From contig OZ024758.1 in the NCBI GenBank assembly GCA_964016885.1, positions 32,798,001-32,862,000 of the forward strand: a stretch of 64,000 nucleotides of DNA, read 5' to 3'. The notes beneath the pieces were generated by a model. The model was given only the letters and a program-made list of their open reading frames with translations, searched no databases and had not been told where the DNA came from. Origin of the DNA: Eledone cirrhosa (lineage: Eukaryota). Positions 25,771 to 38,946 of the stretch are shown in pieces. Position 1 is the stretch's first letter. Each line of letters starts with the position of its first letter. Made by a program: the position numbers and the translations under genes.

Positions 25771-26142
25771 ATTTTAATATGGTTTATGTATGTGAATATA
25801 TTTCTGTGTTCTATTATTTCATTTGAAATAAAAATTGATTGATTGCAGATGATACTACTTTTCACTCCTCTTTATTTTACACACAAAAGAATCAACATCT
25901 GATACAACACGTGACACATTTTATTCCCGCCATCATCAAAGATCATGTAAACATCTTCAAATGAAGACATCACAACCTAGTCAACAACACCAACACACAA
26001 TTTATACACAAGCTGTGAACCATAAATATAAACAACACACACTTAACCCTTTTATTACTAAACTGCTTGCAACTGTCCTTTTTATATTATACACAACTAT
26101 TTATTTTCAAGCGTTTACATCTATCTAAATACCTTTGTACAT

Positions 26143-26270
26143 CCCTTTACGATCTGAGTTCAAATCCTGCCGAGGTTGACTTTGCTTTTCATCCTTACAG
26201 GGTCGATAAAATAAAGTACCAGTAATGCACTGGGTAATTGCTGGCCTTGTGCCAAAAGTAGAATCAATTA
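26143..26270 (+). mobile_element. SINE family A, 5'-truncated
   Basis: B-box and body match family A. Confidence 0.75.
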
Positions 26271-26684
26271 TAATTAATTGTATGTAAGAATCTTTGATAT
26301 ATATGTAAGAAATTTATTTACAGCAGTAAATTGATGTTTATAATAGTAAAAACAATAGATTGAGAAGAAAAATGGAATGTAAAACAAGAAAATATAAAAA
26401 ACAGAAAAGGAAGAGAAAGGCAAGGGCTCTAGTGTCAAAGAAGAATGGGGAAGAGGGAGGGTGATGGGCCTAGGGCATGGCAGTAATGGAGTGCGCCCCA
26501 TGGACAAGACCACAAAAGCATTCCCGCAGAATGATTGAGAAAAATTAGATATAATAATACATCTTTTGAAATTCATGATTATTTTCAAAATTATTTGAAT
26601 ATCAAAAGCAGTGCTTTTCATCAAATATATGAACAAAAGAGTTAGCCCCCCCCCACCACTTCTATATTGTGAACTCATATATAT

Positions 26685-26868
26685 ATAATTGTTTCTATTT
26701 TTGGCACAAGGCCAGCAATTACCCAGTGTATTACTGGTACTTTATTTTATCGACCCCATAAGGATGAAAGGCAAAGCCACCCTCGGCGAGATTTGAACTC
26801 AGATCATAAAGGGACGTAACTATGCTGCAAAGCATGGCGTCCAACCCTCTACCGATACTGCCAATCCA
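26685..26868 (-). mobile_element. SINE family A copy
   Basis: Full-length reverse-complement match. Confidence 0.8.
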
Positions 26869-27397
26869 TATATATAATATTGTAAAAACTGCATCACAAG
26901 ATAGTTTATTTTTCTTTGATACTTATCACATTCCTTTCTGCCAACTTAATAAACCTGCCTGCTTTCATTTCACTGTTCCAGCCCCAATCCATTGATTTGC
27001 TCAATTTTTCTTCTTCAAAACTGCAACTTGCCTCCCTTGCAAAATATTTCTATGAGTATCAACTTTAGGTGTCTATGAATGCCTTATCATTGAGCCTTAT
27101 AATCTAGAATATATCAGAGGCTATATTACAAGAATTAAGTCTCATAAGAATGATCTGTAATACAAATAAATAACATGAAAAAGAAAAACATTAAAAGTAT
27201 GACAATGAGTTTAAATATCTCATGCAGGTGTAACAATAATCAATTATTTGGTGTCTCTTGATCACAGCTCTCTATTTAGGAATTATAGCATTATTTATTT
27301 TAGTGGTGAGGATAAACAACCCTTATGAAAGATAAATTAGAATGAGCATCATTTTCTCACTGTCTTTCTTTGGGGCCATAAGAGAGTTGGAATTTAA

Positions 27398-27540
27398 CCC
27401 TTTAACATTTAAATCGGCTGTATTTGGCCAGAATTCTCACATCTTTCTGTTCAAACTCTCATAGATTCGATACTATGTGAGGTAAAGCCTTTACTGCAAA
27501 AATACAATAATATATATAGAGTAATGTAAATGCTAAAGGG
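27398..27540 (+). mobile_element. piggyBac-like MITE copy
   Basis: TTAA|CCCTTTAACATTT ... AAATGCTAAAGGG|TTAA. Confidence 0.78.
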
Positions 27541-27797
27541 TTAAAAATGCAAACTGAGAAAATCAGTTAAATAGAGTTCTTCATAGTTACTTACACTGGT
27601 GAAATGTACCTCCTTATGGGATCTATTTAGAAATATTGAACTCCGTGTGGAACCAATGAGGAATTTTAAATGTTCAACTGTTTAGTTAGCTAAAACCCTT
27701 TATATAAACTTAGATCCCCAAATCAGTGAAATATGTACTATAAGGTATTTTTTAATAAAAATATTAAATAAACATTTCTTTTTGTCCATTAGTTTAA

Positions 27798-28002
27798 CCC
27801 TTTACCTTTTACATTACTCTATATTTACTATTATATTTTCACGGTAAACACTTTACCCCACATAATATTGAATCTATGAGATTTTGATGTTATTTATTTT
27901 GAGAATACTTTAACATAAGTATGAGCAGCCGGATACAGCCAGTTTGAACAGAAAGAAGTGAGGGAATTCTGGCCAGATACAGATGGCTTAAATACTAAAG
28001 TG
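27798..28002 (-). mobile_element. piggyBac-like MITE copy
   Basis: TTAA|CCCTTTACC ... AATACTAAAGTG|TTAA, body in reverse orientation. Confidence 0.72.
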
Positions 28003-28827
28003 TTAAGAAAACAGTAGTTTACTTTAAAATAGTTGAACAAGAAAGAAGTACTTTGATCAGTGTAGAATTCAAGTTAATACTTGACTTAAAACTTTAAACC
28101 TAACTACCATTCAAGTACGTCAACAGTACTAATATCTTCAACAGTACTAATATCTTCATAATATGCTCTTGTTGTTGTTGAAAATTAAGCTAATATTAGG
28201 TAAAACTAATGATAACAAAGTAGACAAAATGACTGTGAGGATATTATTTAATTATCTACACATTTATTTATTGATTTATATGTTCTTATTTTATTCCTGG
28301 TAAATATTTGTCAGTAACTGCCACTGACAAATATATTTTTACATGCATGACACCACAATTTTATCCTAACTCATATCAAACTAAAACAATGTTTTCCTTG
28401 TAACTTTGTATATTAAGACTAAAACATTTGTGTTGAATGTCCTTTAAATAGCAGCAAGTGTGATTGTTATTTATTTATTTTCTCCCACCGTGTTCTCTCA
28501 ATTATGTTAAAGACTTTAGTTTTATGCTATTTTCATAATATTTCTGAGTACATTGTAGTTTAACAAAAGAAATATTTTCTTAATGTAATCAAACGATGTA
28601 ATATCACGCAAAACACCTGTTCTTTTAGTTATTCTTTATATCTCCAGTGAAAAACATCCATTTTATTAAATGCTTATAATGAAAGACATGAATGTAATGA
28701 ATACAGCAAGATGTTTCCATAGCCATGTATGATCACAGTCACACTTTCATTAATGTTGAGCCTCAAAACATAAGGACAGATCTAATTTGGCCTACTTTCA
28801 AAAATGTTTGCCAACCTCGGCCCTAAT

Positions 28828-29013
28828 TAATTGTTTCTACTTTTGGCACAAGGCCAGCAATTATCCCAGTGTATTACTGGTACTTTATTTTATCGACCCC
28901 GTAAGGATGAAAGGCAAAGTTAACCTGGGCGGGATTTGAACTCAGTCCGTAAAGGTACATAACTGTGCTGCAAAGCATGGCGTCCGATTCTCTACCGATA
29001 CTGCCAATCCACC
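28828..29013 (-). mobile_element. SINE family A copy with target-site duplication
   Basis: Flanked on both sides by ggccctaattaat. Confidence 0.85.
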
Positions 29014-29137
29014 GGCCCTAATTAATGATTCAATAATGAGAACTGAAATAGCTAATAGGAACAAATTCTATTCATCATCTAATAAAAATTAACCTCATCT
29101 AGAAACTGAAGCTGTCTCACCACTCATTATCATCATG

Positions 29138-29346
29138 GGGCAGTAGATTAGCAGTATCAGTAGAGCATTGGACAACATGCTTTGCGGCATAGAGTTTCAG
29201 CCTTTTATGTTCTGAATTCAAATCCTGCTGAGGTTAGCTTTGCCTTTCATCCTTACGGGGATCGACAAAATAAATTACCAGTAATGCACTGAGGGAAATT
29301 TGATCAGCATTCCCTTCCCCTAAAATTGTTAGCCTTGTGCCTAAAT
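29138..29346 (+). mobile_element. SINE family A copy (longer variant)
   Basis: Matches 12328-12540, including the cccctcccc segment. Confidence 0.75.
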
Positions 29347-30934
29347 CAGAAACCATTATAATCACATCCAATTTCGTTAATCCAGCCCATTCTATAAAGG
29401 GATAGTTTTGGTGTCACAATAAAATTCATCCAACCCACTTTGAAAAGGGATAGTTCTAGTGTCATAATAAAATACACTCTGCCCATGACAAAAAAGCACC
29501 AAGTGAACGTTGACAACTGATAAGTAGCACGAGAAAACAAACTTGTAAAAAAGCATACCAAACAGGAACACATGAACAATAAGTGGTTGTCTGACCCACC
29601 ATCCTCAGAGAGTGACAACCCATCTAACCAATGCAAATGAGGAAAATAGATGTATAATGGTAAGGATGATGAAACAAACAAAATTGTGTTTGAAATCTGA
29701 AAAAAATATTTCTTCTTTTGCACGTAATTATTAATTTAAAAATAAAAAACAATTGGTGAAATCATTTTATTTTTGTAATTTTCTTCTAAAGAAAATTTTG
29801 TAAATAGAGAAAATTGAGGGTAAAATAAGTGAAAGTCATGAGGGATCACTAAAACACAAATATTTGACATGTGACATGCTTGAACATTAATTGGTGAGTA
29901 AAGAAGTGGCAGGAAATCCCAGTGGAAAGTAGCCGCAGTAGAGATAGACCAAGACCTGGGCAGAAGTGGTGAGGGCTGACCTCAACTGAAATAGCTGAGG
30001 CTCACAGAGGAAATGACGAATGAGCATGATGAATGGAGAGATGTGCTGAGAAAGATCCACCCAACCCATAGAAAAACAGACATAAAAACAATAATTTAGG
30101 ACCCATTTATCATTTCATATACTACCTCAGTATTGTGTCTCTAGGCAAATCACAGTATTTTTCTTGCAGGAAAGTAGCTACTGATGCTTAGCTTAAAATC
30201 AACCCCAAACAAATATTTAATGGGGAAAAAAATGCACACATTTTCAATGATGATAAAAAAAAACATATGACTATTGATGAGCCAAGTATTTTCAATATCT
30301 ATAATAGATGATTAATATATTTCCATCAAGAAAATGTGTTTACAGACTCAGATCAATTAAATAGATCAATAAATAAGCAACAATGCATAACTGTAATGCT
30401 TTTGTTTATTCAGATTATTAAAGCATATAAATCAGATGCTAGTAATTTAGACATTTGAATTTTAACATCTGAATTTTATGGATATTTCAGTTATGAAAAG
30501 AAAGTAATCACTTTGAAATAATTATCACTGAATGACACATACACACCATCTCCACCACCACCACCATCAATTTTATGTCCATGTTTCTATACTAGCATGG
30601 GTTGGACAAGACTATTTGAGGCAGAAATGTAAGACCAGATGCCTGATACCAACACTCATTTTTTTTAAAGATATGGAACCTTACACACACACACATATAT
30701 AAATAAATAAAATGAATTTATATTGATAAAGGAAATATTGACTCACTGTAGCATAACTACTCAATGTAAATTTGGCATGAAAATACCAAAAACAGAGTGG
30801 CCTCATACAGGTAATGTTATGGATACAACAATTTTAATATCTTAAAAAAAGATTTGATGATCAAAACTGGAATATCTCTCTATTCAACTAAGGCTAACTC
30901 AGAACTATAACAATAATAACATGATATCTATGAA

Positions 30935-31330
30935 CCCTTTACCATTTACTCTTTGGATTGGCAGTATCAGTAGAGGGTCGGACGCCATGCTTTCTAGCAT
31001 AGAGTTACGTCCCTTTACGGACTGAGTTCAAATCCCTCCAAGGTTAACTTTACCTTTCATCCTTACGGGGTCGATAAAATAAAGTACCAGTAATGTACTG
31101 GGTATTTGCTGGCCTTGTGCCAAAAGTAGAAACAATTACTCTATATATATACAATTATATTTTCACAGTAAAGGCTTTATCTCACATAATATTGAATCTA
31201 TGAGATTTTGATATTATTTATTTTGAGAACAATACCGTAACATCATTATGAGTGGCTGGTTATAACCAATTTGAACAGAAAGAGGTAAGAGAAGGCTGGC
31301 CAGATATGGCTGGTTTAAATGCTATACATT
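30935..31330 (-). mobile_element. piggyBac-like MITE interrupted by a SINE A copy (30953-31136, + strand)
   Basis: MITE end CCCTTTACCATTTACTCT, then the SINE, then the MITE resumes; ttactct is duplicated around the SINE. Confidence 0.78.
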
Positions 31331-31558
31331 AATCATACTCAGGGTATTAAACTTATAAGGAATTGATATATTTTATTTGGTAGTTATTTGATCAGTAAAT
31401 GTAGATCAGAACATGATAGTTCTGTTGATTGGAATGGAACTAATTTCAAAAATCTATCCTTGATTACTACAACTAACCTTCAGTCCAAACATTCTTCAAC
31501 TCAATAGAAACTCATTATTTGGAATCTATATATAATTTTGAGTGACTTCCATCTTTCC

Positions 31559-32400
31559 GTCACACACTAGAGATGACTGAGGAAGGAAGGGGTGATGATG
31601 TCACACACTAGATATGACTGAGGAAGGAAGGGGTGATGATGTCACACACTAGATGACTGAGGAAGGAAGGGGTGATGGCGTCACACTAGATATGACTGAG
31701 GAAGGAAGGGGTGATGACGTCACACACTAGATATGACTGAGGAAGGAAGGGGTGATGACATCACACACTAGATATGACTGAGGAAGGAAGGGGTGATGAC
31801 ATCACACACTAGAGATGACTGAGGAAGGAAGGGGTGATGACGTCACACACTAGAGAAGACTGAGGAAGGAAGGGGTGATGACGTCACCCACTAGATATGA
31901 CTGAGGAAGGAAGGGGTGATGACGTCACACACTAGATATGACTGAGGAAGGAAGGGGTGATGACGTCACACACTAGAAATGATTTAGGAAGGGGTGACGA
32001 CGTCACACACTAGCGATGATTCAGAAAGAAAGGGATGATGTCACACACTAGAGATGATTGAGGAAGGAAGGGGTGATGACATCACAGTAGAGATGACTGA
32101 GGAAGGAAGGGGTGAGGATGTCACACAGTAGAGATGACTGAGGAAGGAAGGGGTGAGGATGTCACACACTAGATATGACTGAGGAAGGAAGGGGTGGTGA
32201 TGTCACAGTAGAGGCGACTGAGGAAGGAAGGGGTGATGACGTCACACACTAGAGATGACTGAGGAAAGAAGGGGTGATGATGTCACAGTAGAGATGACTG
32301 AGGAAGGAAGGGGTGATGACGTCACACTAGAAATGACTGAGGGGGGAAGGGGTGATGACGTCACACACTAGAGATGACTGAGGAAGGAAGGGGTGATGAC
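31559..32400. repeat. Minisatellite, unit about 41 bp, about 21 copies
   Basis: Unit GTCACACACTAGA(T/G)ATGACTGAGGAAGGAAGGGGTGATGAC. Confidence 0.97.
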
Positions 32401-33276
32401 AAACTACAGAAAACAGCATCTAACATTCACTACACTTGTGTGTACAATCTATATATAAATTGTAGAGACTTATTTTTGTAAGTGTGTCTATGGTTGTGTG
32501 TTTATAACATTATACACATACACGCGTCTGTGTGTTGAAAAGAATTCTAGTAGTAAATATTTTACAGTAACTGAAAATTATATATTACTATTTAAAGCAT
32601 TATAAGAATTCAGTGGATGGCATAGCAGTGAAACCAAACACTATAGGATGAATCTAAAGCAAACATTCTAATGCCATTTAATCTATTTAATAAGCATGGA
32701 AGTTTGTTTGTTACCATTTATCAATAATTCTTCACAAACTTTGGTACAACAATTCACACCCATCACAGAATAATCTATGAACAAAAAGATCCCAGCAGGG
32801 GTAAAATAGGATGGAGATTCAAGAAAAGATATGAAGATTATATTTTCTAAGTGAGGAAGACAGCTCTCAAGGAATTTTTGAAAATAATGATTTTTTTTTT
32901 TTCTGAAATGGCAAAATTGTCATTTTTCTCATTCAATCTCTCTTCAATATTTCTCTTTCTCATTCTTCAGTTCCTCTCTCTTATAAACACACACACATGT
33001 TTTAGATGTATGCATGTGTTTATATGCAGTTGTGTATGTACTTACAATCCTGTCTCCTTTTGTCAGGTATGTTCAGATATATACATTTATTTAGACATCT
33101 ATAAATTCATTTATAACGTATGTAAAACGTTATCATTAATTATGAATCAATGCATGTACATATGTGCATGTCTGTGTAAGTGCATATTTATTAATCAGTG
33201 TTTAAGTAAAAGAAAAACAAAAGAAAATTTCATAATTTCATAGAGATTATCTGTAGGTTAAATCATTCAAGTTTAA

Positions 33277-33310
<34 letters not shown>

Positions 33311-33849
33311 CAACTTTTTAAAAACATTTTAAAAACAGGCAACTTCAAGTATCACTATGAGTATTAATATATACTTGAGTAATCCAGATTGTTACAAGAG
33401 GAATTAAACCTGCCAATGTAAGCTAACACATTATTTGTCAAATTGATAGTCACCACTATCTCAATCAAAGATCTATTCTTACCCTACATTACCTTTTCAT
33501 AGCTAAATGGACAGTGCCATTTAAGAATTAAATATGCTAGTCACAGATACAATGCAGAGCTAAGAAAAGGTCATGAAATGTTGACTTCTCTCAGATAGTT
33601 GTCAACTATCTTTTTCTGTTGTTTTTCTTGTTAAAATATATTCATTGTGCTCATTTTATGTCCTTGCAAATAAAACCTAAAATTATTTTACAGTGAGGTT
33701 TAAAATGTTCTGAAATGCATATTACATAATAAAGAACAGTATTTGTTTTCACTCTTAACGGGATGTATACCTAAACGTATTCACGAGTAAATAATTATAA
33801 TATAATAATATCATAATATTATTGATATTCGGTTTGTATATGATATTCA

Positions 33850-34505
33850 ATGAGGAAAGTGATGTAAGAAGGCTAAAACAATGTAGAGGAATACGACGAA
33901 GAGTTCCACAACAAAGGGAGATAAGGGGCGAGCCTGTACAAGTCGTATTCCTCTACAATGCGTGGTGTTTTATGAGGCTGTTTAATTGTAAGCAAACTGA
34001 ATATTATTATTGTTATGATATTATTATAATATTACTATTCTTCACTCACAAATACGTAATAAAGAGAATTATGGAAATTCATCATATTCATTATTATTAT
34101 TATTGAATGAGGAAAGTGATATATTCAAGAAGGCTAAAACAATGCAAAATGGATGGTAAGATGAAGGCAAAGAAAAAAATAGTTACCTGGTAATCTTTGA
34201 ATTTTTTTTATTTGATTTTTTTTTTGTCCTAATATTCCTGGACTTAAAATTCCCTTCATCGGAGTATAGGAAACTCCCTGAGAAAAATGTTCTAGTCTAT
34301 TTGCTTTGAAATTAGATTTAAATTAAATTGAATTAAATTTAAATTTAATTTCAAAGCAAAAAGACTGCAACATTTTTCTCTGAGAGTTCTTTATACTCTG
34401 ATGAAGGGAATTTTAAGTCCTGAAATATTAGGATAAAAAAGACAAAAAATGATTGCCTTCATCTTACCATCCATTTTTAGCCTTCTTACATATCTCACTT
34501 TCCAC
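33850..34505. repeat. Compound direct and inverted repeat (pLTR-like foldback)
   Basis: 34110-34325 is inverted at 34335-34505; tgaggaaagtgat..aagaaggctaaaacaatg occurs at both 33851 and 34108; a 16-bp inverted repeat lies at 33882-33897/33942-33957. Confidence 0.8.
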
Positions 34506-35271
34506 ATATTATATACAATGCTTCAAGCAAACTACATTTTATTGTAATAAATAACTGATAAATTTCAAAAAGCCAATACAATGTGGTAGAAACATATAAA
34601 GGGTGACAAATAAAGGTGACAAATAAAGGATGACAAATAAAACAAAACAAAGTAATATTTTTACCATGATATTTCAGGGAATCACCCTCTTTTCAAATGT
34701 GAAACAAATGGTTCAAAATAAAAATAAACGATCAATGTGTTCTTCCTTAACTGGTCTACTTGTCTGAAATACACATGTGTGAAGTTGCTATAGCAGCCAA
34801 TCTGCTTCGTGCATGGCTTGTCTGATGACAGCAGTGGTCTTCTCATCGGAATATTTTATTATTATTATTATTATTATTACACACACTCACACACATATAT
34901 ATATATATATAAATATATATATAATCAGCCAGGCTTACAAGAGTTATTATCTACCTTGCTTGCTTCCATGGCAGAATAACCGTGAAATGAAATTTGGTTT
35001 TGAAATTGCATGGATAGTCTCAGTTTTTTTTCCCCACTTGCCATAACAGTGAGACTCTATATATACACTATATGCAGTATACGCTATATGCAGTATACAC
35101 TATATGCAGTATACACTATATGCAGAGTGCTTCCCTCAGGCATTTTCATCTCACAACATTATCTTATGGATATAGTAGAAATGCAATAGGTTGTCAAGTA
35201 CAACTTATTATTAATATTTGCTGAAACAAATGGTATTGATTTCTGTTTATGTGAAGTTCAAGTTGGATATA

Positions 35272-35609
35272 CAGTGGAACATCCGTTCATGAATGCCACT
35301 CATCACAAACATCAGTTTATAAATAATTATTCCAAACATAAAACATCTCAGTTCATGAATGGTGTCTTGAGTAATGAACATGCAAACTGGCAACAATGGT
35401 TGGTGATAAGCTTGGAGTATCAGTAGAAAAGCAAACTTGCTCTATAGTTAGTTACTATGGTTATATCTATCTGTCTTTCAGACACAGTCTATCTTTCACT
35501 GTATTTCTCTCTTAACATTTCATATTGGAAAAATAATTTCAGTTTACAAACATTTTGGGTGACAACGGCTTTCAGGAGCGAATTAAGTTTGTGAACCAAA
35601 GTAAGACCG
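35272..35609. mobile_element. Tigger/pogo-like MITE
   Basis: TA|CAGTGGAACATCCGTTCATGAA ... TTTGTGAACCAAAGTAAGACCG|TA. Confidence 0.5.
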
Positions 35610-36191
35610 TATATTGAATCTCAGTTTGTAGAATAGGTACACTGTACCCCTGCATGTAAGAGATGACTAAAAGGGTTAGTGTCCGCAAGGCATCTGACTA
35701 TAAAACATTGTCTTAAAATAACCTCTCTAACTCGTAACAGCATGGAAAATTAGAGGTAAAAACATTGATGATGAGTACAAAGACCATTACCATTACTATC
35801 ACACACTATGTGGAGGAATGCTTTACAGTGTACAGAATCCCTAATGCATGTTGCTTCATGGTTCTGGTGGACAGAATAGAGAAAATGTTACACTTAGATG
35901 CAGACAGGTATGAATGTGTACCTAGAAAATTTGTTTTTCTATCACATGGTTTAAGTTTCATCTCACCGCATGTCACCTTCGACTATAGCCTCCAGTTAAT
36001 CATTACACTGTCAGTGAAATTTAGTAGATAGAAACTGTGCAGAAGCTTTTTCTATACACACATACAAAAGTATGCATATATTGGTCTCACGAGACATGAG
36101 AATGTATACTCAATACCAAAGCAGAGTCTAAATATTCATTATTATGGGTTAGTGGTGAGTCTTGTTACGCCTGTATACTCACAAGATCATT

Positions 36192-36240
36192 CTTGTATGA
36201 TGATCCTGTGATTACACAGGTAAAATTCCAGAATAACAAG
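36192..36240 (+). ncRNA. Degenerate type I hammerhead-like fold
   Basis: CTTGT-aTGATGA-tCCTGTG atta CACAGGt-aAAA-TTC ca GAA-TA-ACAAG: three paired stems, two core substitutions. Confidence 0.5.
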
Positions 36241-36407
36241 ACTTATCACTTAGCCACAATATATATATATATTATAGTAATAATAATAAACGTGAAGACT
36301 AAAATCCAAAGAGGGGTTGATAAGGATAAATATATATCAAATATATAAGAACCCTGGAGCACCAGGACCAGACTGAACCTCTGGACCCTATTTCTCTCCA
36401 CTTTACC

Positions 36408-37956
36408 ATGAAGGATCACAACAACCCTTCTATTCAGCTAATTACCCCTACGAAGTCTGATTTAGGTAGACATAGTAAAAGGATTTTAGATAGAAGTATA
36501 CCTGAAATTAGAAGCTTAGCCCCTCTTGCACTGGGGAATAATTCTTTCATGGTGATTGATTGGTTCAATGGCATATGCAATTCGACATCAATAATTACTA
36601 CTCCTCCATCACTTTACCACTTCTTCTTAGAGCTATCAATTGCGCTAAAACGCTCATGGTGGTTAAAGATTTTGAAGTTGATGCCATCCTCAATGCCCGT
36701 AAGTCGGTGATTAATTTCGATGACTCTATTTGGATAAAAAAATCTAATAGTACCCCATTCGACGTGAGTATGGGCGCCAGCGATTCGGCGGAGGTTACAG
36801 ATCTTATCGTTTTTTTCCTTCTTTTCTCTATCAAAGAAGAATTCCCCAACGTGGGCGGTGGTTTGTACCGTGATGACGGTCTTTTGACCATGAGAAAGTG
36901 TGGTCCCCATGCTTGCGATAGGTTTAGAAAAGAACACACAGTCTTCTTTAAAGGCTTCAACCTCTCCATACAGGTTGAGGCCAACCTCTCGGTCGTTAAT
37001 TACCTCGATGTTACCCTCAATTTGTTGAATGGCTTGCACTACCGGTATAGAAAGCCGAATGATACGCTTAATTACATCAGTAAGCACTCTAACCATCCTG
37101 CCAGCATAACCAAGAACCTGGTAAGAAACGTTTCTTTGAGGTTTTCCCATCTATCTACAAACAAGCAAATTTTCACCGACCATTCCACTTATTACAATGA
37201 AGCTCTTGCTCAGAGTGGATTTATTGATAAGGTTGCATATACTATGAGCATAGACCAAGGAAAAATAGATCCCGACGCATTATATGTTATAATCCACCAT
37301 ATAATATGGAGGTGGCCACACCATTAGCTAAGATCTTTCTCTACCTTATTAAGAAGCATTTCCCCTCAGCACATAAATATAATAAATTTTTTAATAGAAA
37401 TACCATTAAAATATCTTACTCTACAACCCCTAACTTTGCACATAACATCACTGCTTTAAATTTAGCTAAATTACCTAGCCGTAGGAACACGTGCAACCCT
37501 GTAGCTAGTACTAACTGCAATTGTAGGAATCGAGTTGACTGCCCCCTATCCAGCAAATGCCTCTCCAGTAACATTGTCTACAAATGTAAAGTCGAAACAC
37601 CCACATCCCGTAGGGCCTACATAGGGTTAATCGCCAATAGATTCAAGCAGCGTCTTTACATGCACACCCATTCTTTTCTTAACCCTTTAAGAAGGAATAT
37701 GATGTCACTTTCAGCTTATATCTGGAGTCTAAAAGACAACCACACCCAATATAGATTACACTGGGAGATCCTAGCTAAGGCTAGATTGTACAACGGAAAT
37801 AAAAGGCCATGTGATCTTTGCGCCGCTGAAGCCCTGGAAATACTCTATGCTAATGATCACATCTTAAACAAAAAATCTGAGGCAATTTCGGATTGTAAAC
37901 ACAAATTGCATAAAACTTTCCTGTATTACAGCCCCACATTATACCCTAACGGATAG
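36408..37956 (+). pseudogene. Penelope-like RT plus GIY-YIG endonuclease in three frameshifted pieces
   Basis: FDINNYYSSI, FDVSMGASDSAEV, GLYRDDGL, VNYLDVTL, YRKPNDTLNYISKHSNHP; CNCR..CPL..KC, NIVYKCKV..AYIGL..RFKQRL..H, CDLC. Confidence 0.9.
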
Positions 37957-38831
37957 CACGAACTATACGCGGATAATTTACGTCTTAATGTGGTAGCTAA
38001 GTATATTTTATGTTAATACCATTACTTATTTGTATAGGTAAGTATATATTACCCATGTTTTGTGAAGGTACGTAAACTTTCTCGTACGTATATATGCTTG
38101 TATTTGTTATAGGTGTATATATTATATCATATATACTCGTATATATGTATATGGTTATGTGTATGTATATGTGTATTTTGTGTTTGTGCATGTATGCGTG
38201 TTTGCACGTATGTAGGGTGTGTATATGTGTACATTGTGTTATGGTTGACATATGTTTGGTGAACATATATGTATTTACATGTAGGTATGTGTGAGTGTGC
38301 GTTATATACGTATTTATGTGTGTATATTTATATATGTTTATATAATTATATGTATACATACACACACATATATATTTTTTTAATGTGTATTTGGTGTCGC
38401 GTGGGTTTATGTATGTGTGCGCGCGTCTATGTGTATGTGCATGCATATGTATGCATGGCGGGTGTTTTTACGTATGCACGCGTTTGTACGTATATAGATG
38501 TGTGTATGTATATATTTATTTATTATTGATTGTAGTAACCTCTGTCATTTTCGTTCTACTAATTTATTTACATTATTCTTAACTCTGAAGCTGAAAATCA
38601 TTCGGTTTCCCAAATAGAATATTAGTCTACGACTTCATTTATACCATAAACTTGGTTTTGTCTTTGCATGTAATTGTTCTCATCGCTCCACATAGCGACG
38701 TATTATGTTCACTTTTTTCCGTTCATTGCCAGGCAACGTCTTCACGAACCAAAGTATCGTCTTCCTGTTTTCTTCGGTTGCAATGTTTTTCGAAATATTT
38801 ACTTCTGCGTTCACAGATTGATTTTTTTTAA

Positions 38832-38877
38832 TTTCAGAAGATCCCATTAAGGGTGAAAGCAGCGATTTTTTGCTTAA
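38832..38877 (+). ncRNA. Hammerhead-like fold at the Penelope 3' end (CAGAAGA core)
   Basis: CAGAAGA-tCCC attaa GGGt-GAAA-GCA..TGC-TT; related copy at 3172-3224. Confidence 0.5.
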
Positions 38878-38884
38878 TCTGTTA

Positions 38885-38889
<5 letters not shown>

Positions 38890-38944
<55 letters not shown>
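38890..38944. repeat. (TA)n microsatellite
   Basis: Direct reading. Confidence 0.95.

Positions 38945-38946
<2 letters not shown>

Larger units (their letters stand above)
36290..38890 (+). mobile_element. Penelope-like retroelement, 5'-truncated and frameshifted
   Basis: RT and GIY-YIG coding remnants, a TG/TA-rich 3' region, a hammerhead-like fold near the end, and (TA)n on both flanks. Confidence 0.85.

Noticed and set aside
31559-32400. CRISPR-like periodic array
   Set aside because: The units are contiguous with no unique spacers, the context is eukaryotic, and there are no cas genes.
37997-38582. His/Thr- and Val/Cys-rich ORFs
   Set aside because: They derive from TG/TA low-complexity sequence in the Penelope 3' region.
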